Part shown: piece by piece, positions 1-11,484 of the stretch
Position numbering within the stretch: position 1 is the first letter of the stretch
How the letters are laid out: every line of letters begins with the position of its first letter
Assembly: GCA_963744995.1 (NCBI GenBank)
Contig: CAVUWA010000005.1
Span: 360,334-424,333 of the forward strand
Reading direction: 5' to 3'
From: Candidatus Eiseniibacteriota bacterium
GTDB taxonomy: Bacteria; Eisenbacteria; RBG-16-71-46
DNA length: 64,000 nucleotides
The notes under the pieces: model-generated
What the model was told of the DNA's origin: nothing
Database searches by the model: none
Seen by the model: only the letters and a program-made list of their open reading frames with translations
Made by a program: the position numbers and the translations under genes

Positions 1-96
1 CGGCAGATGGGCGCTGTAGAGCGCGTCCCAGTCGGATTCGCGGGCCGGCAGGACCCACGGCCGCCAGCGGGCGATCACGGCGGATTGCGTCGTCAT
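1..96 (-). CDS. Partial ORF running off the window start; probable ECF sigma factor N-terminus
   Basis: Hand translation gives MTTQSAVIARWRPWVLPARESDWDALYSAHLP; 'WDALY...LP' resembles the start of ECF region 2. A TATACT -10 box lies 8 nt upstream of the ATG. Confidence 0.5.
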   Translation of the reverse strand, partial: MTTQSAVIARWRPWVLPARESDWDALYSAHLP

Positions 97-218
97 GTCG
101 CTCAAGTATACGGGCGGACCGCGCCGCTATCACGAGGCCCCCGGATCGCCCCGCCGTCCCCGGGGGCGGCGCCGCAGAGCCGCCCGGTGCGGCCCGCGCG
201 GGCCGCGGAGGCGGCGCC

Positions 219-281
219 AACGGCCGGCCGGCGCGGGCAGCGCGAACGGCCGGCCGCGGGGGCAGCGCGAACGGCCGGCCG
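219..281. repeat. Three tandem copies of AACGGCCGGCCG at 25-26 nt period
   Basis: Cores at 219-230, 245-256 and 270-281; GGGCAGCGCGAACGGCCGGCCG is identical at 235-256 and 260-281. Confidence 0.75.
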
Positions 282-321
282 GCGGCGGCGGCATCCCGGG
301 CCCCGCTCCACGCCGGTACGG

Positions 322-1602
322 CTACGAGGCGCCGAGTTCCTTCAGCATCTTCACGGCATTGCTGTTGGCGGGGTTGATCTCGAGCGATTTCCGGTAGTGC
401 TCGATCGCCTGCGCCTTGTGGCCGCTCTTCATTTCCGCTTCGCCGAGGCTGTCCCAGACGTTCGCCGACTTCGGGTAGCTCTCGGCGTTGAGCTCCAGCA
501 GCATCAACGCCGCGTCCATCTGCCCCGCGGCCATGAGCTGGTAGCCCATGAAGTTCACCTCGGTCTCGGTGAACGCCTTCGCGGTTGCGGGGTCCTTCTT
601 CCACGCGCGGTAGGCAGCCTCCATCCCCGCCACGCCACCCTTCGCGAGCGCCGCCGCCAGGTGCGAGGTGAACGTGGCCAGCGTGATCTGTCGCACCGAG
701 GAGAGCGGCGCCGGCGGCACCTCCAGCGTCGGCGGCGCGCGGTTGATGTAGTCGTTCACGTAGAGCCGGTCGCCCTGCGGACCCGCGGCGATGCCGTTCG
801 GCAGCGTGAAGGTCGCCTCGAGCGCGGCTCCGTCCTGCTCGCCGGGCGTGCCCGTGCCCGCGAACGGGGTGACCTTGCCGTCCATGGCCACCCTGTAGAG
901 CCGGTGTCCGCGGAAGCTCGTGGCGTAGAGGGCGCCGCGCATCGCGGCGACGTGACCGTTGCCGCCGCCGGGCAGCCGTGCGAACTCGGTGACCTTGCCG
1001 TCGCGGGTGATCTTCAGCATGCTTTCGTTCCCGAAGTTCACCACGTACAGGTTGCTGTCGGGACCCACCGTGATGCCGTTCGGGCACTTGAAGAGATCGC
1101 TCTCAGCGAACGGCGTCACCTTTCCAGTGCTGCTCACGCGGCTCAGGGAGTTGCCGCGGCAGTTGCAGACGTATGCGTCGCCGCTCACGCGGTCGACGGC
1201 GATGCCGACCGGGCCCTCGAGCCCGCGCGCGAGGGTCTCGACATGACCCACGCGGTCGACGCGGCTGATGAAGTCACCCCAGAAGCTCGACTGGAGCAGC
1301 CGGCCCTCCACGTCGATCGCGTTCCCCGAGGCGCCGTAGAATCCTTCGGCGAACACGCTCACCTCGCCCCACGGCCGGATCCGGTAGACCCGGTCGCGGA
1401 AGTCGGCGACGTAGATGTTGCCGAGCGCGTCCACCGCGACGCCGCCGACGGCGCCGGCGAGCGAATCGGCGACGGTGCGCACGCGATCGCCCGCCGGCGG
1501 CGCGGGCGGCGCACTCTGTGCATGGAGCGGCGCCACGGCGGAAGCGGCAAGCAGCAGGACGAGCGTGGCGCCGGCGGCGCCGCGAAGCGGGTGCCTGATC
1601 AC
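322..1602 (-). CDS. Secreted SMP-30/NHL-type beta-propeller protein with C-terminal TPR
   Basis: Signal peptide (LVLLLAASAVAPLHA), repeated 'PxGIAVD..GNIYV' blades, C-terminal 'NFMGYQL...ANVWDSLGEA...SLEINP' TPR. Confidence 0.85.
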   Translation of the reverse strand: MIRHPLRGAAGATLVLLLAASAVAPLHAQSAPPAPPAGDRVRTVADSLAGAVGGVAVDALGNIYVADFRDRVYRIRPWGEVSVFAEGFYGASGNAIDVEGRLLQSSFWGDFISRVDRVGHVETLARGLEGPVGIAVDRVSGDAYVCNCRGNSLSRVSSTGKVTPFAESDLFKCPNGITVGPDSNLYVVNFGNESMLKITRDGKVTEFARLPGGGNGHVAAMRGALYATSFRGHRLYRVAMDGKVTPFAGTGTPGEQDGAALEATFTLPNGIAAGPQGDRLYVNDYINRAPPTLEVPPAPLSSVRQITLATFTSHLAAALAKGGVAGMEAAYRAWKKDPATAKAFTETEVNFMGYQLMAAGQMDAALMLLELNAESYPKSANVWDSLGEAEMKSGHKAQAIEHYRKSLEINPANSNAVKMLKELGAS

Positions 1603-1736
1603 AGAAGAGTCCTCCGCAGCGAAATGGGTAGCGCCCGGTCACGGCGACCGTAGCGGCGCTGCGCACGACGGCGCAACCTTGGGGGACGAAACGGCGCTCG
1701 CTCCCGGGCGCGCGAATGACCTAATGTGCCCCGGCC

Positions 1737-3080
1737 ATGACGAACGCCGATCCCTCCATCCTGCCGAATCCCGCCCGTCCCGCGCCCGTCACGGTTCGCA
1801 CCGTGTTCGAGACGTGGTGGCCGCTCGCCGCGAGCTGGCTGCTGATGGGCTTCGAGCTGCCGGTGGTGAGCGCGGTGATGGCGCGGCTGCCCGAGGCGAC
1901 GCTCAGCCTCGCCGCCTACGGCGCGATCGTGTTCCCGCTCTCGCTCCTCATCGAGTCGCCGATCATCATGCTGCTCTCGGCCTCGACGGCGCTGTCGCGG
2001 GACGAGACCTCGTACCGGCTGATCCGGCGCTTCGTGTTCCTCGCGGGCGGCGCACTCACGCTCGTCCACGTCGCCATCGCGTTCACGCCGCTCTACGACT
2101 GGCTGATCGGCCACGTCATGGGGGTACCGGCGGTGGTGGCCGAGCACGGCCGCATCGGCCTGCGGATCATGACGCCGTGGACGCTGTCGATCGCGTTCCG
2201 CCGCTTTCAGCAGGGCGTGCTGATCCGCAACGGGCAGTCGGGCGCGGTGGGGGTCGGCACCGGCGTGCGGCTCGGCACGAACGTCGTCGTGCTCGGCATC
2301 GCATGGAGCCACGGCCACGTCCCCGGTATCGTCGCCGGCACCACCGCCGTCGCGCTCGGCGTGATCGCCGAGGCCGTCTACGCGGGCTACCGGGTACGGC
2401 CGGTGCTGCGCGATCACGTGTGGCCGGCGCCCGCGCAGGCGCAGCCGCTCGGCTGGCCGCGCTTCATGCGCTTCTACCTGCCGCTCATGGTGACGCCGGT
2501 GCTGATGTTCGTGGCGATGCCGCTCACCAGCGCCGCGATGAGCCGCATGCCGCATGCGATCGACTCGCTCGCTGCGTGGCCGGTGGTCATGGGGCTGGTG
2601 TTCTCGCTGCGCAGCGTGTGCTTCGGCCTGAACGAAGTCGTGGTCGCGCTGCTCGAGCGCCCGGGGGCGCTGCCGGCGCTCCGGGCGTTCACGCGCCGGC
2701 TCGCACTCTCGACCTCGGCCGGGCTGGCGCTGCTCGCGGCGACGCCGCTCGGCGCGTTCTGGTTCGGCGGCGTCTCGGCGCTCGAACCGAAGCTGGTGGC
2801 GCTCGCCCTGCCCGGCCTCTGGGTCGCTTTCCTGCTGCCGGCGATCACCGCGTTCCAGAGCCTCTACCAGGGAACGCTCGTCCACGCGCACGCGACCCGC
2901 GGCGTCACCGAGGCGATCGTCGCCTACCTCGCAACGGTGATCGCCGTGCTCGCCGCCGGCAGCCGGATCCCCGGCCTGCCCGGCCTCTACGTCGGGCTCG
3001 CCGCGACCACGATCGGCAACGGCGTGCAGACGCTGTGGCTGTGGCGGCGGGCGCGCGCGCTCGAGGCCGCGCCGGCCTGA
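1737..3080 (+). CDS. MATE/ANKH-like multi-pass membrane protein
   Basis: 447 aa, about 12 hydrophobic segments, internal two-fold repeat ('WWPLAASWLLM' / 'FYLPLMVTPVL'). Confidence 0.75.
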   Translation: MTNADPSILPNPARPAPVTVRTVFETWWPLAASWLLMGFELPVVSAVMARLPEATLSLAAYGAIVFPLSLLIESPIIMLLSASTALSRDETSYRLIRRFVFLAGGALTLVHVAIAFTPLYDWLIGHVMGVPAVVAEHGRIGLRIMTPWTLSIAFRRFQQGVLIRNGQSGAVGVGTGVRLGTNVVVLGIAWSHGHVPGIVAGTTAVALGVIAEAVYAGYRVRPVLRDHVWPAPAQAQPLGWPRFMRFYLPLMVTPVLMFVAMPLTSAAMSRMPHAIDSLAAWPVVMGLVFSLRSVCFGLNEVVVALLERPGALPALRAFTRRLALSTSAGLALLAATPLGAFWFGGVSALEPKLVALALPGLWVAFLLPAITAFQSLYQGTLVHAHATRGVTEAIVAYLATVIAVLAAGSRIPGLPGLYVGLAATTIGNGVQTLWLWRRARALEAAPA

Positions 3081-3084
3081 GCCG

Positions 3085-5844
3085 CTAGCGACCCGGACGG
3101 AATGCGCCGAGCACGATCTCGAGCCGGCGCACGCGGAACTCCTCGCCCGCCTGCATGACGCCGAAGATGCGGCCGTCCGGTATCGCGCTCCAGTTCGCGA
3201 GTCCCACGTCGGCGGCGTCGAACAGGCGCTCGACCCCGGTCACGCGCGGCGCCGGTTCGAAGCGCAGCGTCACCGACTTGACGACGCTGAACGAGTCGGA
3301 GCAGGCGACCTCGTGATCGCCGAACCAGCCGGTCGGATTTCCGCCGGCGAGGATCGGTGTGACCGGGCCGATCCGCCCGTCGCGGTAGGGCGTGACGTAG
3401 GCCTGTCGGCTCCCCGAGCGGTCCGACGAGAACGCCAGCCACGCGCCGTCCCTCGAGAAGTACGCGCTGCCGTTGCGCTGACCGTCGGCGATCAGCGGCA
3501 CGACGTCATAAGGGCCGTCGGGATCCTGCTCGAACCGCACCAGCCGCAGATCGCGGTGCCCGGCCTCGGGGAACGCGAGGACCAGACCTTTCGCGCCCGG
3601 AAGCCACGAGGTCGGCAATGGCCGCGCGTTGGTGGGGAGCACGCGCCGGCCCAGCCCGCTGTCGCCGGTGCGGCGGACGTAGACGCCCGACAGCGAGTCC
3701 CCGCCGGTCGCGCGGAACGCGATCCACTCGCCGTCCGCGGAGAGCACCGGGGTGCCGAGGTCCAGTTCGCTCGACGCCACCGCCCGGCGCGGGTAGGGCG
3801 TCGCCATGTCGCTCACCCAGATCTCGTCGATGCCGCGGGCGTTCGTCACCGTGAACGCCGCGAGACGGCCGTCGGCCGACACCATCGGAGGAAAGTTGTA
3901 GTTGTAGGTCTTCGGCCACGCGTCCCATCGTGACGCGTGACCCGACCGGTCGAGCGTCGCCAGCACCCGTCCCTCCGACACACGGCCTCCGGGCGCGAAC
4001 ACCACAGTGCCGTTCCCCGACGTGACGAAGCAGCCCGGCGTGAACCCGCCGAACGTGCGGATGCCGCCGAGCACCGCGACCGGCTCGCCGCTGATCTCGC
4101 CGCGGCGCGCGTCGAAGCGGGCCCGGAGCAGCGCGTCGCCCCGCGAGAACATCAGGTCCCCGTCCGGCAGGAAGTGCGGGTGCCCCGCGTCGCGCAGCAC
4201 CGTCTTCGCTTTGCCGCTCCCGACGTCCACCAGGAGCATGTTGCGAGACCAGCCCTGCGCGTCGAACGTGCTGCCGCCGATCAGCACCCGGCGCGCGTCC
4301 AGCACCGCGCCGGCGTCGAGGAACTGCAGGAAGACGTACGACTGCGGGCGATCGGCGTGGATCACCACGGGGTCCGCGGCCTGTCCCGAGGCGTCCACCA
4401 GCTCGAGGCGGTCCTGATCGTCGAGGAACAGGAAGTGCCCGCCGGGCAGCGGAACGAAGTCCGGGAACCAGGGCTCCGGCAGCTCGAAGACCTGCACGGG
4501 CGGCGCGCTGCCGTCGTACGGCACGCGCTGCAGCGCCCGGCGGCCGCCTTCGCCGATGCGCCCGACGAAGAACACGTCGCGCCCGTCCGCGCTCACGTGC
4601 GGGCGCGTCAGGGCATCACGCGTTCCTGGAATCACCCGGAACTCGGTGGAGGCGAGATCGCGCACGCAGATCATGGCGTGGTTGCGATCGGGGCCGTCGT
4701 CCGGCACCGCCAGCATCAGCACCGCGCGGCCGTCGGGATGGAGTGCGATCGGCACCCCATTCTCGAGCCCGCTGGTGAAGAGCTGCAGATGTTCGGGGAT
4801 CTCGAGGGACAGCCGCGTGCCGGGCGGCACGACGCCGGTCCCGCGCGGTGCGAGCCACGCGAACGCGGCCGCGCCGAACGCCACGCCGAGCACGAGCGCC
4901 GCCACCGGCAGCAGCCACCCCGGCCAGCGCGGCCGGAGGCCCTGTGAGGGCGCGGCGAAGCCCGACCCCGAGGAGGAGGTGAGCGCCGCGTGAATGCCCT
5001 CGAGCTCGAGGCGCACGTCACCGGCGTCGCGCAGGCGCTTGCGCGGGTCCTTCTCGAGCATGCGGCCCAGCAGTTCGCGCAGGCGGTCCGGCGTGCGCCC
5101 GGGCAGCGCGTTCCACTCGGGCTCGCCCTGGAGGATGCGCGCGATCATGTCCGACGTGGTCTCGCCCGCGAACGCCTGGCGGCCGGTCAGGCACTCGTAC
5201 AGCACGCAGCCCAGCGCCCAGATGTCGGTGCGGCGGTCCATCGCGCGGCCGCGCGCCTGTTCGGGGCTCATGTAGGCGGCGGTGCCGAGAATCACCCCCA
5301 CCCCGGTCGCGCCAACGGTGAGCGTCGGCGAGTTGGACAGATTGACGTTCGATGCCGACGACCCCGCCGCGTCGCCCTTCGCGAGGCCGAAGTCGAGCAC
5401 CTTGACCTCGCCGCCCGGCGTGAGCTTGACGTTGCCTGGCTTCAGGTCGCGATGGACGATGCCCTGATCGTGCGCGGCCTCGAGCCCCGCCGCGATCTGG
5501 CGACATACGTCGAGCGCCTCGTCCACCGGCAGCGCGCCGCTGTCCAGCCGCTCGGCCAGCGTCTCGCCCTCGACGTACTCCAGCACCAGGAAGCGGCGGC
5601 CCGCATCCTCCTCGATGCCGTAGATCCCGGCCACGTTCGGGTGATGGAGCGCCGCCAGCAGGCGGGCTTCGCGCTCGAACCGGGCGAGTCGCTCGGGGTC
5701 GCTGGCAAAGGCGTCGGGAATCACCTTGATCGCGACGGCGCGGTCGAGGCGCGGGTCGCGCGCGAGGTAGACGACACCCATGCCGCCGCGCCCGACCTCG
5801 CGCTCGACGGTATAGGGTCCGATGTTCTGCGGCAGCGCGTTCAG
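3085..5844 (-). CDS. Hanks-type Ser/Thr protein kinase with TM segment and PD40/TolB-like propeller; probable CTG start
   Basis: [14 protein letters not shown] and YMSPEQ motifs. The Gly-rich loop ([16 protein letters not shown]) lies upstream of the ATG at 5781, so the real start is further 5'; a CTG at 5842-5844 has GGAG 6 nt upstream. Confidence 0.9.
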   Translation of the reverse strand: MNALPQNIGPYTVEREVGRGGMGVVYLARDPRLDRAVAIKVIPDAFASDPERLARFEREARLLAALHHPNVAGIYGIEEDAGRRFLVLEYVEGETLAERLDSGALPVDEALDVCRQIAAGLEAAHDQGIVHRDLKPGNVKLTPGGEVKVLDFGLAKGDAAGSSASNVNLSNSPTLTVGATGVGVILGTAAYMSPEQARGRAMDRRTDIWALGCVLYECLTGRQAFAGETTSDMIARILQGEPEWNALPGRTPDRLRELLGRMLEKDPRKRLRDAGDVRLELEGIHAALTSSSGSGFAAPSQGLRPRWPGWLLPVAALVLGVAFGAAAFAWLAPRGTGVVPPGTRLSLEIPEHLQLFTSGLENGVPIALHPDGRAVLMLAVPDDGPDRNHAMICVRDLASTEFRVIPGTRDALTRPHVSADGRDVFFVGRIGEGGRRALQRVPYDGSAPPVQVFELPEPWFPDFVPLPGGHFLFLDDQDRLELVDASGQAADPVVIHADRPQSYVFLQFLDAGAVLDARRVLIGGSTFDAQGWSRNMLLVDVGSGKAKTVLRDAGHPHFLPDGDLMFSRGDALLRARFDARRGEISGEPVAVLGGIRTFGGFTPGCFVTSGNGTVVFAPGGRVSEGRVLATLDRSGHASRWDAWPKTYNYNFPPMVSADGRLAAFTVTNARGIDEIWVSDMATPYPRRAVASSELDLGTPVLSADGEWIAFRATGGDSLSGVYVRRTGDSGLGRRVLPTNARPLPTSWLPGAKGLVLAFPEAGHRDLRLVRFEQDPDGPYDVVPLIADGQRNGSAYFSRDGAWLAFSSDRSGSRQAYVTPYRDGRIGPVTPILAGGNPTGWFGDHEVACSDSFSVVKSVTLRFEPAPRVTGVERLFDAADVGLANWSAIPDGRIFGVMQAGEEFRVRRLEIVLGAFRPGR

Positions 5845-5887
5845 CTGCGGCTCCGGAGCGTCTGCCGGCCGTGCCTCGAGCGGGCGC

Positions 5888-7513
5888 TCATGCGCCGCGA
5901 CGGATCATCATGAGCGTGATGTCGTCCGCCCGCGGCGAGTCGGCGACGAAGGCCGCGACCGCGTCGATCACGTGGGCGCGCACCTTGTCGAGCGGACCCT
6001 GTCGCGAGGCGGCAGCCAGCGTCTCCCGCACGCGCTCGTCGTCGAAGAACTCGGGGCCGTGCTGGGCCTCGGGAATCCCGTCGCTGAACAGCGCGAGCAA
6101 CTCGCCGCGCTGAAGCTGCAGGGTCTCGGTCTGGTAGGGGAAGTCCTCGAGAATGCCGAACGGAATGCCGGTGCTCGGATGCTCACGCACCTCCCCGTCC
6201 TTGACGATGCACACCGGCAGATGCCCCGCGTTCACGTATTCGATTTTCCCGCTTGCAGGATCGAGACACCCGATGATCCCGGTGATGAAGTGTCCGGGGT
6301 CGGTCTGCTGGCACATCACGCGCGAGAGGCGTGACGCGAACTCGCCGGGATCCTGGCAGCTGTCGTACAGCACCCGCGCCGACGACAGGAACGACGACAT
6401 CAGCAGTGCGGCGCCCATGCCCTTGCCCGACACGTCGCCGATCAGGAACATCAGCCGCCCGTCGCCGCGGAAGCGGAAGTCGTAGAGGTCGCCGCCCACC
6501 TCGTAGCAGGTCTGCAGATAGCCGTCGATCTCGTAGCCCTCGACCTTCGGCATGGACAGGGGCAGCAGGCCCATCTGGATCTGCGTCGCGGTCGCCAGCT
6601 CCTGGGCGAGCCGCTGCTGCGCGGCCTCGGCCTCCAGCAGCCGCGCGTTGGTGATCTTCACCGCGGCCATGTTGGCGAGCAGCGTCAGCAGCTCGAGCTG
6701 CTCCTCGGTGAACGAGTGCGCGACGTTCTGGCTGTCGATGTACAGGATGCCCAGCACCCTCTGGTTGTCGAACAGCGGCACCGCCATCGCCGAGCGTACC
6801 GCCTGGGCGACGATGCTGTGCTGGCCCTGGAACCGCGGGTCGCTCGCCGCGTCGCCCGTCAGCACCGAGGTGTTCTCCTGCATCACGGAGTTGATGATCG
6901 AGCGCGACAGCGCGAGCGGCTGATTCGCTCCGGCGCCGTGCACCCGCGCGGCGATCTGCTCGGGGTCGCCATCCGCCGTCTCCTGCATCAGCAGGATGTA
7001 GCGGTTGGCCGGGATCGCCCGTTCGACGATCGTGAGGATCTGGTCCGCGGTCTCCTTGAGCGGCCGCGGCAGCACGAGCAGGTGACCGGCCTCGGCGAGC
7101 AGATGCACGAGTTTGTCGGACTCCACGTTGGAGCGACCGCGGCGATCGAGCACCTGGTCCATGCGCACCCGCACCGAGGAGCTGATCACCGTCGCTTCGG
7201 AGAGCCGGACGCGCTGGGTCGGCGCCTCGCGCGTCACCCGGCACATGACGTGGCCGATCTCGACCGTGTCGCCGGCGACGATTTCGCTGGCCTCGGTCGC
7301 TTCGGCCCCGTTCACCCGGGTGCCGTTGCGGCTGCCGAGATCGCGCAGGTAGAAGTGCTCACCGCGGCGCACGATCTCGGCGTGCTCCTTGGACACCGTG
7401 GCATCGGCGATCTGGATGGCGTTCCTGGAAGAACGGCCGACCGTCATCGTGGCCGCTTCGAGCGGCCACACCTTGAACTCGTCGGCGATCGTTCCCGAGA
7501 GATAGAGCATCAT
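5888..7513 (-). CDS. FHA-GAF-PP2C (SpoIIE/RsbU-type) Ser/Thr phosphatase
   Basis: FHA (GRSS...VSKEHA...SRNGTRVNG), GAF (AMAVPL...LGILYID), PP2C (VGGDLYD, GDVSGKG, SDGIPEA, DDIT). Start set at MMLYL, downstream of a GGAG. Confidence 0.92.
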   Translation of the reverse strand: MMLYLSGTIADEFKVWPLEAATMTVGRSSRNAIQIADATVSKEHAEIVRRGEHFYLRDLGSRNGTRVNGAEATEASEIVAGDTVEIGHVMCRVTREAPTQRVRLSEATVISSSVRVRMDQVLDRRGRSNVESDKLVHLLAEAGHLLVLPRPLKETADQILTIVERAIPANRYILLMQETADGDPEQIAARVHGAGANQPLALSRSIINSVMQENTSVLTGDAASDPRFQGQHSIVAQAVRSAMAVPLFDNQRVLGILYIDSQNVAHSFTEEQLELLTLLANMAAVKITNARLLEAEAAQQRLAQELATATQIQMGLLPLSMPKVEGYEIDGYLQTCYEVGGDLYDFRFRGDGRLMFLIGDVSGKGMGAALLMSSFLSSARVLYDSCQDPGEFASRLSRVMCQQTDPGHFITGIIGCLDPASGKIEYVNAGHLPVCIVKDGEVREHPSTGIPFGILEDFPYQTETLQLQRGELLALFSDGIPEAQHGPEFFDDERVRETLAAASRQGPLDKVRAHVIDAVAAFVADSPRADDITLMMIRRGA

Positions 7514-7697
7514 GCGGGGAAGTCTCCGCTCCGGGTGAGGGGCTGCGCGGGCCGAATGTCGGGCCGGTCCGCGGGCGCGCCGCGCCGTTCCCTCGCGTCC
7601 CGGCGCGGCCCACCGGACGACAGGGCCGAAAGATAGCACGCGGCGGCATCCGGCGGCAGCGCCGGGCGGGCCGTGGCACCGGGCCCCCGGCCGGCCG

Positions 7698-8933
<1,236 letters not shown>

Positions 8934-9102
8934 CGCGGCAAAGTAGCAGGTCCGGCGGGCGACGGGCGCCGGCCAGCGTTCGCTACGTGACCCGCGTGCG
9001 CCACACCGGAGCCTACGCCACGCCGCGGCGAGTGGTGGCGGCGCCGCGGGCTGGTTCCGGAAGGCGCAGTCATCGAGGATCGACAACTCCTGGCCGGCCG
9101 AC

Positions 9103-9192
9103 GCAGGTGTCCGCGCAGACACCCAGGTTTACATAATCACATGCCCCGGGGAACGTCAGGCTTGCATCGTCACTGTCTGCGCAGACACCTGC
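9103..9192. repeat. Inverted pair of 19-bp self-palindromic units (REP/REPIN-like doublet)
   Basis: GCAGGTGTCCGCGCAGACA (9103-9121) versus TGTCTGCGCAGACACCTGC (9174-9192): 18/19 inverted match, and each unit contains the palindrome TGTCYGCGCAGACA. Confidence 0.7.
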
Positions 9193-9264
9193 CGCGCGGA
9201 TACGAGTCGCGCACGGAGGTGCAGAAGTGCGGGCCGGTGCACGCCAATCCGAATCAGGGGCGCG

Positions 9265-11307
9265 CTACACGCCGTACTCCTCCGCCGGCTTCCCCATCAG
9301 CCAGTGATCGAACCACTTGACCAGGTGCTCGAGCCGCTGCACGCGCCTGGATGGCGTGCCACTGCGCGAGAGCTCGTGGTTCTCACCCGGGAAGCGGATC
9401 ATCACCGTGGGCTTTCGCCGCGCCTTCAGGCCGCGGAACATGATCTCGCCCTGCCCGATCGGCGTGCGCCAGTCCTCTTCGCTGTGGATCACCATCAGCG
9501 GCGTCTCGATCTTCGACAGGAAGTGCCCGGGCGAGCGTTCCTGGAACTCCTGCGGATCCTCGAACGGCGCCTTCTTGAACCAGCTCTGCGTGTACAGCGT
9601 GAAGTCGCTCGAGTACCACATCGTGGCCCAGTCGGCGACGCAGCGCTGGGTCGCCGCGGCGGCGAAGCGCCGGGTCCGGGTGACGATCCAGTTGGTGAGC
9701 AGGCCGCCACCCGATCCGCCGGTCACGCCCATGCGTTTCTCGTCCACGTAACCCTTGGCAATCACGTGATCCACGCCCGCCATCAGGTCCTTGTAGTCGT
9801 CGCCCGGGTAGCGGTACTGAATCACGTTGCCGAATTCGAGGCCGTACGAGGTGCTGCCGCGCGGATTGGTGTAGAGCACGACGTAACCGGCCGCGGCCAG
9901 CACGCGGAACTCGTGGAAGAACGCCACCCCGTACGGCACGTGCGGGCCGCCATGAATCTCGAGGATCAGCGGGTACTTGCGCGCGGGGTCGAAGTCGGCC
10001 GGCTTCACGATCCAGGCCTGGATCTTCGTGCCGTCGAACGAGTCGTACCAGAATTCCTCGACCGCGCCGAGTTTCGCCCGGTCGAGGCGCGCCGCGCCCG
10101 GGCGCCATAGCGTGCGCAACGACCCCGCGGCATCGTCGTACACGCACAGATCGCCGATCGCATCCACGGCGCCCACCACCAGCGCGAAGCGCGTCGCGTC
10201 GGCGTTCGCCGAGCCCGCGCTCACCTCGTGGTGCGGGTCGGTCAGCTCTTCCATGGCGCCGTCCTGCACACGGACGCGCGCCAGCATGGCGGCGCCGTGG
10301 CGCACCACCACGGCGTAGACGTTCGCGCCGTCGCGATCGAAGGCGAGCGGCGCCGCACCGCCGCCGCGCGGCGCGTGCTGATCACCGGAGATGCCGTCGT
10401 TGAAGTCGAAGTCGATGGACTCGGTGAGAGCGTGCTGGGCCGTGCGCGGCCACTCACCCTCGAACAGGAGCAGTCGGGTCGGATCGCAGCTGCGCGGGCG
10501 CTCGGGGCGGATGTCGCCGGTCGCGATGATGCGGCCGTCATGGCCTTCCGCCCACGCCATGATCGGGCCGTGCACCTGGGCGACCACCTGCATGCCCTCT
10601 TCGCCGGCCGGCGCCGCGAGGTCGGGCGACACGGCGTACAGTTTCTGCTCGTCGTGCTCGAACCAGGGCTCGGCGCGGCGGTCCGACAGCACGAAGATCC
10701 AGCGGCCGTCGCGCGACCAGCCCGGCGCGCTCACCGGATATTCGCCCGCGGTGAGGCGGCGCGGGGCGCCCCCGGCCGAATCGATCACCCACAGCTGCGA
10801 GGGCCGCTCGGGGTCGATGAAACCCTCGTTGTTCCAGCGGAAGACCGGCTTCGTGACCACGCGCCCGGGCTCGTGCTTCGGCTTCTTCTTCTTCGGGTCG
10901 TCGTCGAGATCCGGCCGGTGGGAGCTGATGAATGCGATGCGCCGGCCGTCGGGCGACCACGCCGGGGAGGAGGCGCCCTTGGCGAGCGAGGTCAGGGTCG
11001 CGGCCTCGCCGCCCGACATGGGCAGCACGCACAGCTGCGGCGTCTGCTCCTCCTTGTCCTTCGCTTCCTTGCGGCGCACGAACGCGAGACGGGCGCCGTC
11101 CGGGGACCAGCGCGGCTGGGCGTCGTGAGGGCCCTGCGTGAGCGGGCGCGGGTTCGCCTCGCCCACGGCGTCGGCGATCCAGATCGCGGTGCGGTACTCG
11201 TCGGCTTCCGCATCCACGTGGACCCGGGTGAACGCGACGCGCGTGCCATCGGGTGAGATCTGCGGATCGGCGGCCCATTCGAACTCGAGAAGATCTTCCG
11301 CGCGCAT
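9265..11307 (-). CDS. S9 family peptidase (acylaminoacyl/dipeptidyl aminopeptidase-like)
   Basis: PD40 repeats (WSPDG), IHGGPH, GGSGGG nucleophile elbow, 'EEDWRT' Asp and 'ENHEL' His. Confidence 0.95.
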   Translation of the reverse strand: MRAEDLLEFEWAADPQISPDGTRVAFTRVHVDAEADEYRTAIWIADAVGEANPRPLTQGPHDAQPRWSPDGARLAFVRRKEAKDKEEQTPQLCVLPMSGGEAATLTSLAKGASSPAWSPDGRRIAFISSHRPDLDDDPKKKKPKHEPGRVVTKPVFRWNNEGFIDPERPSQLWVIDSAGGAPRRLTAGEYPVSAPGWSRDGRWIFVLSDRRAEPWFEHDEQKLYAVSPDLAAPAGEEGMQVVAQVHGPIMAWAEGHDGRIIATGDIRPERPRSCDPTRLLLFEGEWPRTAQHALTESIDFDFNDGISGDQHAPRGGGAAPLAFDRDGANVYAVVVRHGAAMLARVRVQDGAMEELTDPHHEVSAGSANADATRFALVVGAVDAIGDLCVYDDAAGSLRTLWRPGAARLDRAKLGAVEEFWYDSFDGTKIQAWIVKPADFDPARKYPLILEIHGGPHVPYGVAFFHEFRVLAAAGYVVLYTNPRGSTSYGLEFGNVIQYRYPGDDYKDLMAGVDHVIAKGYVDEKRMGVTGGSGGGLLTNWIVTRTRRFAAAATQRCVADWATMWYSSDFTLYTQSWFKKAPFEDPQEFQERSPGHFLSKIETPLMVIHSEEDWRTPIGQGEIMFRGLKARRKPTVMIRFPGENHELSRSGTPSRRVQRLEHLVKWFDHWLMGKPAEEYGV

Positions 11308-11484
11308 TCGGCGTTCTCCGGCGTGGGGGAATGAAGGCTTCGGCGTCCGCAGGCTATGGGAGCCGTCGCAAAGGGTCAACGGGCGCGCGACGGACGCCTG
11401 CCCGCAGGCGCCGGACGCCGTATTGCGACCTGGACCCGGGCTGGGCTAACCTCGCCCCCTCCACGCCATCGCGAGGTCCTCACG

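Noticed and set aside
219..281. Possible mini-CRISPR
   Set aside because: The period is too short, there are no unique spacers and no cas genes.
9126..9153. Possible dif site
   Set aside because: Only a XerD-like arm is present; there is no XerC arm after the 6-nt spacer.
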